64,000 bases of DNA from Heptranchias perlo (Eukaryota), in the NCBI RefSeq assembly GCF_035084215.1, contig NC_090333.1, forward strand, positions 45,322,001 through 45,386,000, written 5' to 3'. A model generated the notes under the pieces. The model saw nothing but the letters and a program-made list of their open reading frames with translations. It had not been told where the DNA came from and made no database searches. Positions 9,901 to 21,900 of this stretch are shown one piece after another; position 1 is the first letter of the stretch, and every line of letters begins with the position of its first letter. A program made the translations under genes and the position numbers.

Positions 9901-12900
9901 ATCATCTTGCAAAACTGGGCTTGCAACATTGCCTGTTTCAACCCGCTCGTTTATTTAACGCCGACGAATTAAATGTACCAAAACAAGAAGTGATTCACCG
10001 GTCGGGTCGAAATGTTTCTTGCACCAGTCAGCTGTAGTTTGTATGAATCGTGGGTTGGATTGAATAGAAGTTTTCTGGCACGTTCAAAGTACCAGAGGCC
10101 AGTCATTGTGAACCGTTTTAATGCAGATCAGCATTTAAATATTTACAAACACATGACCCCTATTTGCGAAACTTGGATTTCCAGCGAGTCACTTTGCAGG
10201 TGGTGAAATGCCGCTTGTGGCACCGGCCCAAAGTTGCCAACTCTGTAAATAGGAGCAGATTTACAGCGTTATTCTTACCCGTCGGGCTGGGCAAAGATCG
10301 CCCTCCCCGCTTTATAAACCTGTTACAATATGTAACTTTAAACAATATGACGGAGGGGATTTGTAGCTTCCTCGCTTCCCAAATTCTGCCCGATGTGCGG
10401 CGTGGTTTCTCCGGGTCAGTCCGAAGTTGCGGCTCTTATTAATGGGGTGAGTGGGGGGCAAGCGGCTCTCGCCCATCACTGACATCGGGGTGGGTTAGAG
10501 AGCAAAAACGATGGATCTCCCTAAAGACGAAAAAAGTGACATTTCAGTATTGGTTTTAAAAAAAGGTTTAAGTATTTTCTTGATAGACAGAGGGGTACTT
10601 TGAACAGAAAATATCCTAGACTTTTCTGTTCCGTTTAAATCTGTTACAGTTATACCCGGTGTACTTGTGCATTTAAAAGGGAGATTTCAAATGGGCACAC
10701 GTCCACAAACTTGCTGTGAACCCCATTGGAGAAGATCATATATCACTTTACAGAGACTTGCATTCCGTGTTGTGGTTATACACGTGACATTACCAGAAAA
10801 CTAGAGCTTTTAAAAAAAATAAGTATAATAATGGGGACAGGGTAGTTTATTTTGATATAACACGTGACATAGCCTTGGTCAATCAATGTTCTGAATGTAC
10901 TATCAAAACCAGTTTTTTTCAAGTGTATAATAATGGAAACTCAGTGGTGCAATGAGTTGATTATTTGTCTTTCATTTCTGAGGTTTGGGGTCATACCTAC
11001 CTCAGACAAATATGACAGAAATCTCTAAGGGTCCTACTTGAGATGAGTTTGAAGTCTCAATCTACTTCCTAGTGAACTAGGAACCAAAGTGCAAAACTGG
11101 CCCAAATTTGGCACTAATTGCATTAAGATGGCAATATCACTGACATTCAGAGAGACCACAGGATGACTAGTGTGGGAAATGGAAACATGTCACATTGGTG
11201 TAATTGGGGGTGCTGTTGTGAGGTTGTGTTCCAGGAATATTGTTGGAAAGAGTACAGGGAGTTAATCTGCATCAGCCATGACCTGGGGGTACTTGATGCT
11301 TACACTAGCTGTCCAAAATAGAAAGTACTGCAATTCCCAGTGCTACAATCCTTCCTCTTAGTCATTGAAAAATGTATAATGATGTGATAAGATCCCCAGA
11401 TACACTGGGGCTTCCACAATAATTAACAAGTGATTAACTGTGGGATATGATTATATTGCAAGATGGTTTCTCTCATTGTCTGTTTATACCATGTTAAGTA
11501 AATAGTTAAAAATAAGTTAGATGTAAATTTTAAATGGAAATTATATTGATACAAATGATCTCGCTATAAACCTTTTCTTATGACCATCAATTCTCAACTG
11601 TGAAAAATAACATTTCATGCAACTGAAGACAGTTATTGAGGTATAAGCACACAATACTGAGTATACAATTCAACAAGGTTCATTACAACCCCAAAGAGAT
11701 AATGTTCCAAGCTGTGTGATACTAAGTAAGGAGAATTTTCATTGATAATAACATCAGTCTGCAATTAGTGTGATGAATGCTGTTAAAGTGTGATATAGGA
11801 ACATAGGAACAGGAGTAGGCCATTCACGAGGGGCTGAATGGCCTACAGGAGTAGGCCATTCAGCCCCTCGTGCCTGCTCCGCCATTTGATAAGATCATGG
11901 CTGATCTGTGATCTAACTCCATATACCTGCCTTTGGCCCATATCCCTTAATACCTTTGGTTGCCAAAAAGCTGTCTATCTCAGATTTAAATTTAGCAATT
12001 GAGCTAGTATCAATTGCCGTTTGCAGAAGAGAGTTCCAAACTTCTACAACCCTTTGTGTGTAGAAATGTTTTCTAATCTCGCTCCTGAAAGGTCTGGCTC
12101 TAATTTTTAGACTCTGCCCCCTACTCCTAAAATCCCCAACCAGCGGAAATAGTTTCTCTCTATCCACCCTATCTGTTCCCCTTAATATCTTATAAACTTC
12201 GATCAGATCACCCCTTAACTTTCGAAACTCTAGAGAATACAACCCCAATTTGTGTAATCTCTCCTCGTAACTTAACCCTTGAAGTCCGGGTATCATTCTA
12301 GTAAACCTACGCTGCACTCCCTCCAAGGCCAATATGTCCTTCCGAAGGTGAGGTGCCCAGAACTGCTCTCAGTACTCCAGGTGCGGTCTAACCAGGGTTT
12401 TGTATAGCTGCAGCATAACTTCTGTCCCCTTGTACTCTAGTCCTCTAGATATAAAGGCCAACATTCCATTAGCCTTGTTGATTATTTTCTGCACCTGTTC
12501 ATGACACTTCAATGATCTATGTACCTGAACCCCTAAGTCCCTTTGGACATCCACTGTTTTTAATTTTTTACCATTTAGAAAGTACCATGTTCTATCCTTT
12601 TTTGATCCAAAGTGGATGACCTCATATTTGTGTACATTGAATTCCATTTGCCACAGTTTTGCCCATTCACGTAATCTATCAATATCGCTTTGTAATTTTA
12701 TGTTTTCATCTACACTTCTTATAATGCCACCAATCTTTGTGTCATTGGCAAACTTAGATATGAGACTTTCTATGCCTTCATCTAAGTCGTTAATAAATAT
12801 TGTGAATAATTGAGGCCCCAAGACAGATCCCTGCGGGACTCCACTAGTCACATCCTGCCAATGTGAGTACCTTCCCATTATCCCTACTCTCTGTCGCCTT

Positions 12901-15900
12901 TCGCTCAGCCAACTTCCTAACCAAGTCCGTACTTTTCCCTCGATTCCATGGGCGTCTATCTTAGCTAACAGTCTCTTATGTGGGACCTTATCAAATGCCT
13001 TCTGGAAGTCCATATAAATAACATCCATTGACATTCCCCTGTCCACTACTTTAGTCACCTCTTCAAAAAATTCAATCAGGTTTGTCAAGCACGACCTACC
13101 TTTCACAAATCCATGCTGGCTCTCTCTGATTAACTGAAAATTCTCGAGGTGTTCAGTCATCCTATCCTTAATTATAGACTCCAGCATTTTCCCCACAACA
13201 GATGTTAGGCTAACTGGTCTATAATTCCCCGGTTTCCTTCTCTCTGCTTTCTTAAAAAGCGGAGTGACGTGTGCAATTTTCCAATCTAGAGGGACAGTTC
13301 CTGAATCTAGAGAACTTTGAAAGATTATAGTTAGGGCATCTGCAATGTGCTCACCTCCTTCCTTTAAAACCCTGGGATGGAAACCATCTGGTCCTGGGGA
13401 TTTATCACTCTTTAGTGCTATCATTTTCTTCATTACTGTTGCTTTACTTATGTTAATTTTATCGAGTCCCTGTCCCCGATTCAATATTAGTTTTCTTGGG
13501 ATTTCCGGCATGCTATCCTCTTTTTCTACTGTAAATACTGACTCAAAGTAATTGTTCAACATGTCCGCCATTTCCCCATTGTCAATGACAATATCCCCAC
13601 TTTCAGTTTTTAAGGGGCCAACACTGCTCCTGACCACCCTCTTTTTCCTAATATAATTGTAAAGTTCTTCGTATTGGTTTTGATATCCCTTACGAGTTTC
13701 TTTTCATACTCTCTTTTTATAGCCCTTACTATCTGTTTTGTGACCCTTTGTTGATCTTTGTATCTTTCCCATTCGCCAGGATCTGTGCCATTTTTTGCCT
13801 TTTTGTATGCCCTTTCCTTATGTCTTATACTGTCCCTTATCTCTTTAGTTGTCCATGGCTGTTTTTTTTGGCAAGTAGAGTTCTTGCCCCTCAGGGGTAT
13901 AAACCGATTCTGTATCACGTTAAATGTTTCTTTAATCATTTCCCACTGATCATCAGTTGTTTTACCCATTAACAGATTTGCCCAGTTTACTGTGGACAGT
14001 CTCTGTCTCATCCCATTGAAGTCGGCCTTGCCCAAGTCTAGAATCTAAACAGCTGATTCACTTTTTTCCCTTTCAAACACTACATTGAACTCGATCATGT
14101 TATGATCACTATTGGATAGATGTTCACGCACAGTTAAGCCGTTAACTAAATCTGGTTCATTACTCATTACTAAATCTAGTATGGCTTGCCCCCTTGTTGC
14201 CTCTAGGACATACTGCTGCAGAAAACTATCCCAGACACACTCAAGAAATTCACTACCTTTCTGACAGTTGCTAGTCTGCTTTTCCCAATCTATGTGAAGG
14301 TTAAAGTCCCCCATTAAGACCACTATGCCTTTCTTACACTCTTGTCTAATCTCTGCATTTATACAATCTAGCGCTTCAGAGCAGCTGCCAGGGCTCCTAT
14401 ATACAACTCCCACGATAGTCTTAGATCCTTTCCTATTTCTCAATTCAACCCATAAGGTCTCTGTTGGCTGCTTGTAATGTTTTATACAGCTGTGTGGGTG
14501 AAAATTGTAAATTATAACATTTTATTTTAAACTTAAAGGTTACCCATTCCAAAGCTGCAGGATACAATCCAGCGTTACCTGACTGCACAGAAGCCGCTTT
14601 TAGATAATGACCAGTATAGGTAAGTAAACAGAGAACTGAGTCTCAGGTAGCCAATATTTTAGTATTGTTATTTAATGCTCCCAATATTTAACAACATGGG
14701 ATAGCCACCCAGTCCTCTGATTATTTGCTGTATAATTTTGTTGTATGTTTTTCTCTTTTTATGTGTGCATCACTTAGCCACATTGACCAATCATCACTTG
14801 TTGCAATAGCTGACTAAATAGGCAAGTATTTGAATTAAAGACACAAGGGGCCCGATTTTAGCACCCGCTATCGAGTGCGTTCTCGGCGGGGGGGCCTCGA
14901 AAATTGTAAAATCCAGGATCCCGCCCACTTCCGGGTTCCCCGCTGACGCGCCGGCGTGCGCGCGCAGCCCCCGCTGGTGGGAATCCCGCAGGCAATTAAA
15001 GCCAGCGGGATGCCACTTGAGAGTATTTATGTAGCCATTTCAGGTCATTAACTGACCTGATTAAGGGACTGTGTGAGATTTTGGATCAACATGGGACTGT
15101 TTCCCACACTGGGGGAAACACTCCCAGATCGAATGGACGTGTTGCAGCTGTCAGCCTGTGGCAGCTGCAAAGGTCCATTTGACAGGTTGGTGGGGGGGGA
15201 GACCCTCACCCATTGCAGGAGGCCACTCTGTCACTTGGGACAAAGTTTGGCCTCCACCACCCTCCTCCTGACGGTCACAGTCACCAACCTGCACACTTAC
15301 CCCGGGGTCCAGAGACATATACCTACCTTGCAGACCCCCTCAGATGTACATCTTGCAGATGGGGGCCGCCGTAGCTGCAGTCATGACCTCCTCGGAGGTC
15401 GAACAGCATCACCAGCCTCGCCATCCACCTCTGACACATGGAGCTCCACAACACAGTGCTGTGACACATCCAGCTGTACAGCAGGAGGGAGGGCTACTGC
15501 AGAGAGAGATGCGTCGCAGAGGGCACTACCCTCGCCACAGGTTCCACAGACCGAGGCTCAGCCTCCTGGACCTCTCTGAGCAGCAGTGCACACGGAGGCT
15601 CAGAGTCACTCGACATGTAGCCGTGGACATCTGCAGCCTCTTTCATGCCGAGCTGCTCCTGGCTGGCCCGTGCACCATCTTCCTACCTGTCACTGTCAAA
15701 GTCACCACTGCCCTCCCGAACTTCTCCTCCACAGCCTTCCAGGGTGCAACCAGGGACATCGCCGATGTCTCTGTCGTCTGCGCAGAAGAGCCCTGCAAAT
15801 ACACCTACACCCACTCTGCAGTGACACAATGGGTGGCATCAGTGGTGGGTCCTCATAGTGATACCCAGGAGCGGGCATTATTGCACAAACCGGACAGGAT

Positions 15901-18900
15901 TCGCGAAGACATGGCAGTAGTGGTGCCAATATAATGTGTGATGTGAGTTGTTCTGAAATTCAATAGAAGTAAGAACCATGACAAACCCTCAAACACCCTT
16001 GTGCATCCCCTTCATGCTCACGACACGTTTGCCTTACGCTGCCTACTGCACATATGTGATGCATGCCCTGTGGCTGCAGCACAGATGGTGGCAGGTTGAG
16101 TGAGGCTGGCCGTGAGAGAGAGATGCACGAGAGGGTGAGTATGGGATAGAGCCATGAGATTGTATGAGGATTGGGTTGCGTGGTAGTGGCGGGGTGAGTA
16201 CTGGCGAGGTGAGTAGGTGCAGGTAAGATGAGGATGGGGTTTGAGTGGGTATGAGGGGTGATGTGACAGAGTAGTGTTGGCAGTGCCGAAGGAGATGTGG
16301 GGTGGGGGCAGTGATGTGGCAGACGGAGTGTAGGGGAAAGACTACGTGTACTCACTGTGGCTGACCTACTGAGGTCATTGGACCGCCTCCTGCACTGTGT
16401 GCAGGTGGGCGATATGTTGGTGGCGCAGGTGACCCCCTCTGCCACCTTGAGCCAGGCCTTCCTGGTGGCAGAGGCAGGCCGCTACCTCCCGCCCGCCGGG
16501 TGGAAGATCTCTGTCCTCCCCCTCCTCCTCACCCCATGTATTGATACCTGGGGTGAGGCATCATTAAACTGGGAGCAGCCTTCCCCCTGGGCTGCTCCAT
16601 GCAGTCATCTTTGCTATTTGTTGCAGCATCTGTCAGTGGAGGACTGCCCCTTTAAATAGAGCGCCTCCAGCTGACAGATCTTACTGCGCATGCGCAGCCC
16701 GCCTGCCCGACGCGCAGACCAGCAGCGGGGAACCCGGAGGAGCAGGTAAGTGGCTCCAATTAGTGCGTTGCCTGCTACGATCACGCGGGAAACCCACTAA
16801 TTTCTCTGGGCGCGTTACCCACGTGCCCGCTTGCCCACCCGCCAAGAACCCGCACCCCTGGTAAAATCGGGCCCAAGGTGTTACAATCTATCCTGTTCTA
16901 CCCAGCATCACAATAGTTTGTAGACACAAGGCACAGACTACCCAGAAATGCTACATCTTTATGTAGTTTGTTAAAATTTTATTAAAAAATTAACATTGTA
17001 CTGTTATGAAACTCTGCCATTATCTTTCATTGTTATACTATTCTACAGTTTGTTATACTAGTGCACAGTATAGAACAAGATAGCATAAGATAGACCAAAG
17101 TTTACCATCAATGCTGCAAGACACCAGTTATCAATCAGCGTTGTGGCGTGACAGAAATTAGATTACTTTTCCAGATTCTTGTGTTACATTAAAGAATTGC
17201 TGATCAGAGACCAGGCTATTTCCTACAGGAAGAGAGAGACTCTGATCACTCGACTGCATTTCCCAACAGCTGGTTTAAAGTCTCACTTCCAGTACCTTCT
17301 CTGTCACGTTTGGTGTGCCACCTGAGAATATCGAGAGAAAAGCATATGTTTAGTTTTGGGGAGGGGAGAGAGAAGGAATTGGGGGATGTATGTTTGTTTC
17401 ATTACTAGTAATAGGAATAGATACAACAAAAGATTAACTTATTTAAGAAAAAACTAAAATGACTGGTATCCCTTGCACCATTTTTGATAGTCGTGTTTGT
17501 TTTTTTTTAAAAAGAGAAGTTATGTGATCACTCATTGTAGCACCTGTTATGTGGAGGATACACTGCAGAATTTGTATTAAACAGTGCCCCGTGGCACCTC
17601 AGGAACATTTTGCTACTGAGTTTTGTTTTTTAAAGTGTTCAGGTACTAGGACGCTCACCTCTTGAGTTGGAAGGATATGGATTCAAGCCTCACTACTTGA
17701 GCATATAATATAGGCTGGCACTCCAATGCAGTACACAGGAAGTGCTGCATTGTCAGAAGTGCAGTGTTGTGAATGTTAAAACTGAGGCCCAATCTGCCTG
17801 ATGCTAAGGTTCAGTTGAATCCTACCAAATCTGTCGCCCATCTTGTACTCCAGATTCGTCCATCAGTAAACTTGACCAGTTTAGGATTAGGAGGATAGAC
17901 TAGATAGGGAACAGTATAAGAAAGAAATCCAATTTCAGCTAGGTTAATGAAAGGGAGAAATTACTGTTGGTGCAGAATACCTGACTGTCAAAATCTGTGG
18001 TGTTTGGTAAAAATGTTAACTGAACCATTTCCTGTAGCTTACAGTAGTTTGGTATATTTCTTATTGGCTCATGCAGTGTTAGGTACTCTGTGCCCTTTAT
18101 TTTAAAAAGTAACTTGTTTTATTAGTTATTGATTCAGTTCAAGATCTATAAAGTGCTGTTATTTTCTACTATGAAATATTTGTGAGAGGAAAACTGACAA
18201 AACAAATTGGACTAAAAGAACTTGAAGGGACCAATGGTATGTCAGGTTTGACATTAGTTTTGTCATTATGGAAATATTGGTAGTATTTAATCCAGCACTG
18301 CTGTATTTTAATATATACATGTATATGTATGTAACATTTTAATGAAGGATTTACCCTATTTTGTTTTTAAAGTTTGAAGCTGGTAACTGAAAGTAATATG
18401 CAATGCAAATAAAACATTCTTCACAAAAAAAAAGATAGGATGGACACTAAGGAGCTTTTTCCCTTCGTTGAGGGTTCTATAACAAGGGGACATAGATTCA
18501 AGATAAAAGGCGGGAGGTTTAGAGGGGATTTGAGAGAGAACTTTTTCACCCAGAGGGTGGTTGGAGTCTGGAACTCACTGCCTGAAAGGGTTGTGGAGGC
18601 AGGAACCCTCACAACATTCAAGAAGCATTTGGATGAGCACTTGAAATGCCATAGCATACAAGGCTACGGACCAAATGCTGGAATATGGGATTAGAGTAGA
18701 CAGGGCTTGATGGCTGGCGCGGACACGATGGGCCGAAGGGCCTCTATCCATGCTGTATGACTCTATGAAAGTAAAAGATCCCATGGCGCTGTTTGAACAA
18801 GAGAAAGGAGTTCTTCCTGGCCAACATTCCTCTTTCAACCGACACCCCAAAAACAGTCATCGGGTCATTCATCTCACTTGGTATGCTGCAAATTGACTGC

Positions 18901-21900
18901 TGCATTTGCCTACATAAGTGACTTTAAAAGTAATCCATTATTTGTGAAAAGCAAAATACTGCGGATGCTGGAAATCTTGTTTATGAAGTTGCTTGGCATG
19001 TCCCGAAGACGTGGTAAGAGCTAATATAAATTGCCTTCCTCTCTCCTTATCTATCTATGAACCTTGACAATGAATGTCATCAGGCTGTTCAACTTCCTAA
19101 CTGAGCACAGACTGGGAATCATCCTAGTGTGTAGGGCTCAGGTACTCATTGGATAAACTCAGTAAGCCAATGGGGAACTGGGAATTATATAGGCCATTCT
19201 TGCTGGTCAGCCATGATCTCATTGAATGGCAGAACAGGCTCGAGGGGCTGAATGGCCTACTCCTGTTCCTATGTTTACTGGTGGTTTTGTTTCTCCATAG
19301 ACCACTAAGTTCTATGTGTTCCTTATTTATATCAGATCCTGGTTGACTTTTGTAGCTTAATTTTTAAAAAAGATTAATGTGTAATTTGAAAATTAATAAT
19401 TGTGGTGTTCTATGGGGACTTGCTATATACTGAATTAGCTGCTCTCAGCAAAATGGCAGCGGGACACCACAAGTAGCTTTTGTGTCCCCAGGCTAGAGAG
19501 ATAGGAAAATAAATCATGTTTCCCAAGCCTGCTGGTTATTCAGCAAACGCCCTGGTAGAAATGAAACGTGTACAGACATTAGATGAGGACCCAATCAGGC
19601 TTGACAGTGATGCCACTATGGGTGAATAGCCTGCTGATGCTCACTGTCTAGACATGTGCATGAAAAATAGTGGCAAGGCACCAGAGAGCTGCTGGCACCT
19701 TGGAAGTACTCCTGTATGAATTGGCACCTTGGAAGGAGAGAAAATTAGGAAAGGAAAATATTTTGGCAGCTACTTCTGCTAAATACAATGTCCTCCCCCC
19801 CTTCCTCCTCTTCTCCCCTCCCTCAGCTGACCGAAAGTAAAATGGCTACTGCCAGTTTCTGAAGTTCATGTTCATGTTGGCTGAACATCGCTTAGTCTTT
19901 ACAGTCTTTACTTAGTCATGTGTAAAGCTGGTGAACATGCAGTTGATGTTCCCAATACTTAAAAAGACTAAAGGAAAAAGAAAAATACGGGTGTAAATGT
20001 AATGTAAAGGAACACAGCCATGTCTCTTTTTTTTTAAAATGACTCACGTTCCCAACTGTTCGGTTTTGGATAGGACAGTACGGAGTTTGAGCAGATTGTT
20101 CAGAAACTTCTAAGAGGTAAACCAGACAGCTTGATTCCTCAAAGTCCATGAAGTGGAGCCATTTTAAGTATTAAGGTTTTTGATGTAATTTCTTCAGCCA
20201 AGCAAATCTCAGAACCCAAGCTATGATCTTGCCTCTCTCTGATTTTAGACTTGGCAAAGGTGACTGTTAACAACTCCAGCCAAGTTAAATAATTCATCTC
20301 CTTTAAAACTGCATTGACTTCTTGGTCAGGTTGGTAATGTATACATCTGCTCACCTTTTATGGTCTGTTTTTCTATTGTAGGAGAACTGAACAGTTGGCT
20401 CAAGATTTTGAAAAGGGAATTGGTAAACAGCTGCATGAAGAGCTTGTGGCCCAAGACAAAAGAAACAAGCACACCAGTTACATTTCAGGTGAGGTATACA
20501 AATCATTTGATCTGACCTGCCAGACCAAGAGTATAGACAGAAAACTCGGCCATCTGCACATAGAAAGGGTCTGGCTGGTTTCATAGTTCAGGAAAGACAA
20601 CTCCTGACGGTGTTTTTGCTCCTTCTGTATTATGGCCGGAAAGATTGCATGTACAGAACTAAATATCCATTTGGTATAATATTTGTCTCGTTCTTTTTGC
20701 CAATTTATTGCAAATCCATTGGTTGAAAGGAGTCGCTACAAACTAAGTATAAAATATTTGTCAGATTTTGCCATTTTGAAAAACGGTGCAGCTAACGAGA
20801 TTTTTTATTTTAAACTGTACACGTAATATGCCTTGTTTTGTGCTAAATTGCATGAATTATTACAGCTACTCTATACCTGTCCCGTTGGCCTATTGGATAA
20901 CTGTAATGAGAAAGGTGGTACTGAGTCACTCACATCAAAGTCCCAAAGGTAAGGAATCTTACAACACCAGGTTATAGTCCAACAGTTTTATTTTAAAATC
21001 ACAAGCTTTCGGAAATTTCGGAGATAATCTCCGAAAGCTTGTAATTTTAAAATAAAATTGTTGGACTATAACCTGGTGTTGTAAGATTCCTTACATTTGT
21101 CCACCCCAGTCCATCACCGGCATCTCCACATCATCAAAGTCCCAAGTTTGATCTCTGAACTGTGCTATGTTAGTTGACCTCTGGGTAGAAGTGCCACAAT
21201 TGGCCTCCACATCCCTGGCCCAGGGTGGAGAAAAATCTGCCAAGGTTCACCACTTCTGATCATTCAATGATCCCTGGTGGAGAGAGCTTGTGAGGGCATT
21301 GAGCGAGGACTGGATCAAGTTCAACTGTGATGTCTGCCAATCGATTCTCCTGCCAACACATGCTAGGCTCATGCATGGAGAATGGCTGTTTGGGTAAGTT
21401 ATTGGAGGACTGATGATGCCTCTGGAACTGTACCGATGCCTGAGTCGCTATCTTCAGGAAAGAAGAGAAAATTAGGAGGAAAATACCAGAAAACAAACTG
21501 CATAAGCAAATTTTGAAAAAAAGAGGCAATTATGGAGCATGTTACACTAATGTAAAGATAAAATGTATACTTTTGAATGCTTAATATATTTAGTGCTTTT
21601 GAATCTTTTTTTCCCCTTATTTCCTTAGGACCCTGGTTTGATATGTACCTCGCTGCGCGTGAATCAGTCGTCTTGAATTTTAACCCTTTTATATCTTTTA
21701 ATCCTGATCCAACTCCTGCGTATAACGATCAGCTTATTAGGGCGACCAACATGACTGTGTCAGCACTGCGTTTCATGAAGACCTTTCGAGCTGGCTACTT
21801 GGAGCCTGAAGTTTTCCACCTCAATCCTGCTCGAAGTGATACATCTCTTTTTAAGAACATCATTCGATTTGTTCCTGCCTCCCTTTCATGGTATGGAGCC

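Larger units (their letters stand above)
14848..16874. mobile_element. Internally deleted PIF/Harbinger DNA transposon
   Basis: 13-bp TIR gggcccgatttta/taaaatcgggccc; TSD aag (14845-47, 16875-77); transposase N-terminus on plus and Myb/SANT remnant on minus. Confidence 0.88.
17630..19040 (+). mobile_element. Deu-domain SINE split by a 950-bp insertion (halves about 17630-17820 and 18771-19040)
   Basis: Left half ends ...gaggcccaatctgcctg..ttcagttgaat, right half starts gtaaaagatcccatggc. The intact copy near 49600 reads ctcaggtggatgtacaagatcccatggc. Confidence 0.75.

Noticed and set aside
12369-13637. Functional reverse transcriptase gene
   Set aside because: 5'-truncated CR1 with stops, a frameshift and catalytic FADD changed to FAND.
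15344-15934. Domesticated HARBI1 host gene
   Set aside because: It lies inside TIRs with a TSD, lacks the DDE domain and has a degraded Myb partner, so it is a transposon remnant.
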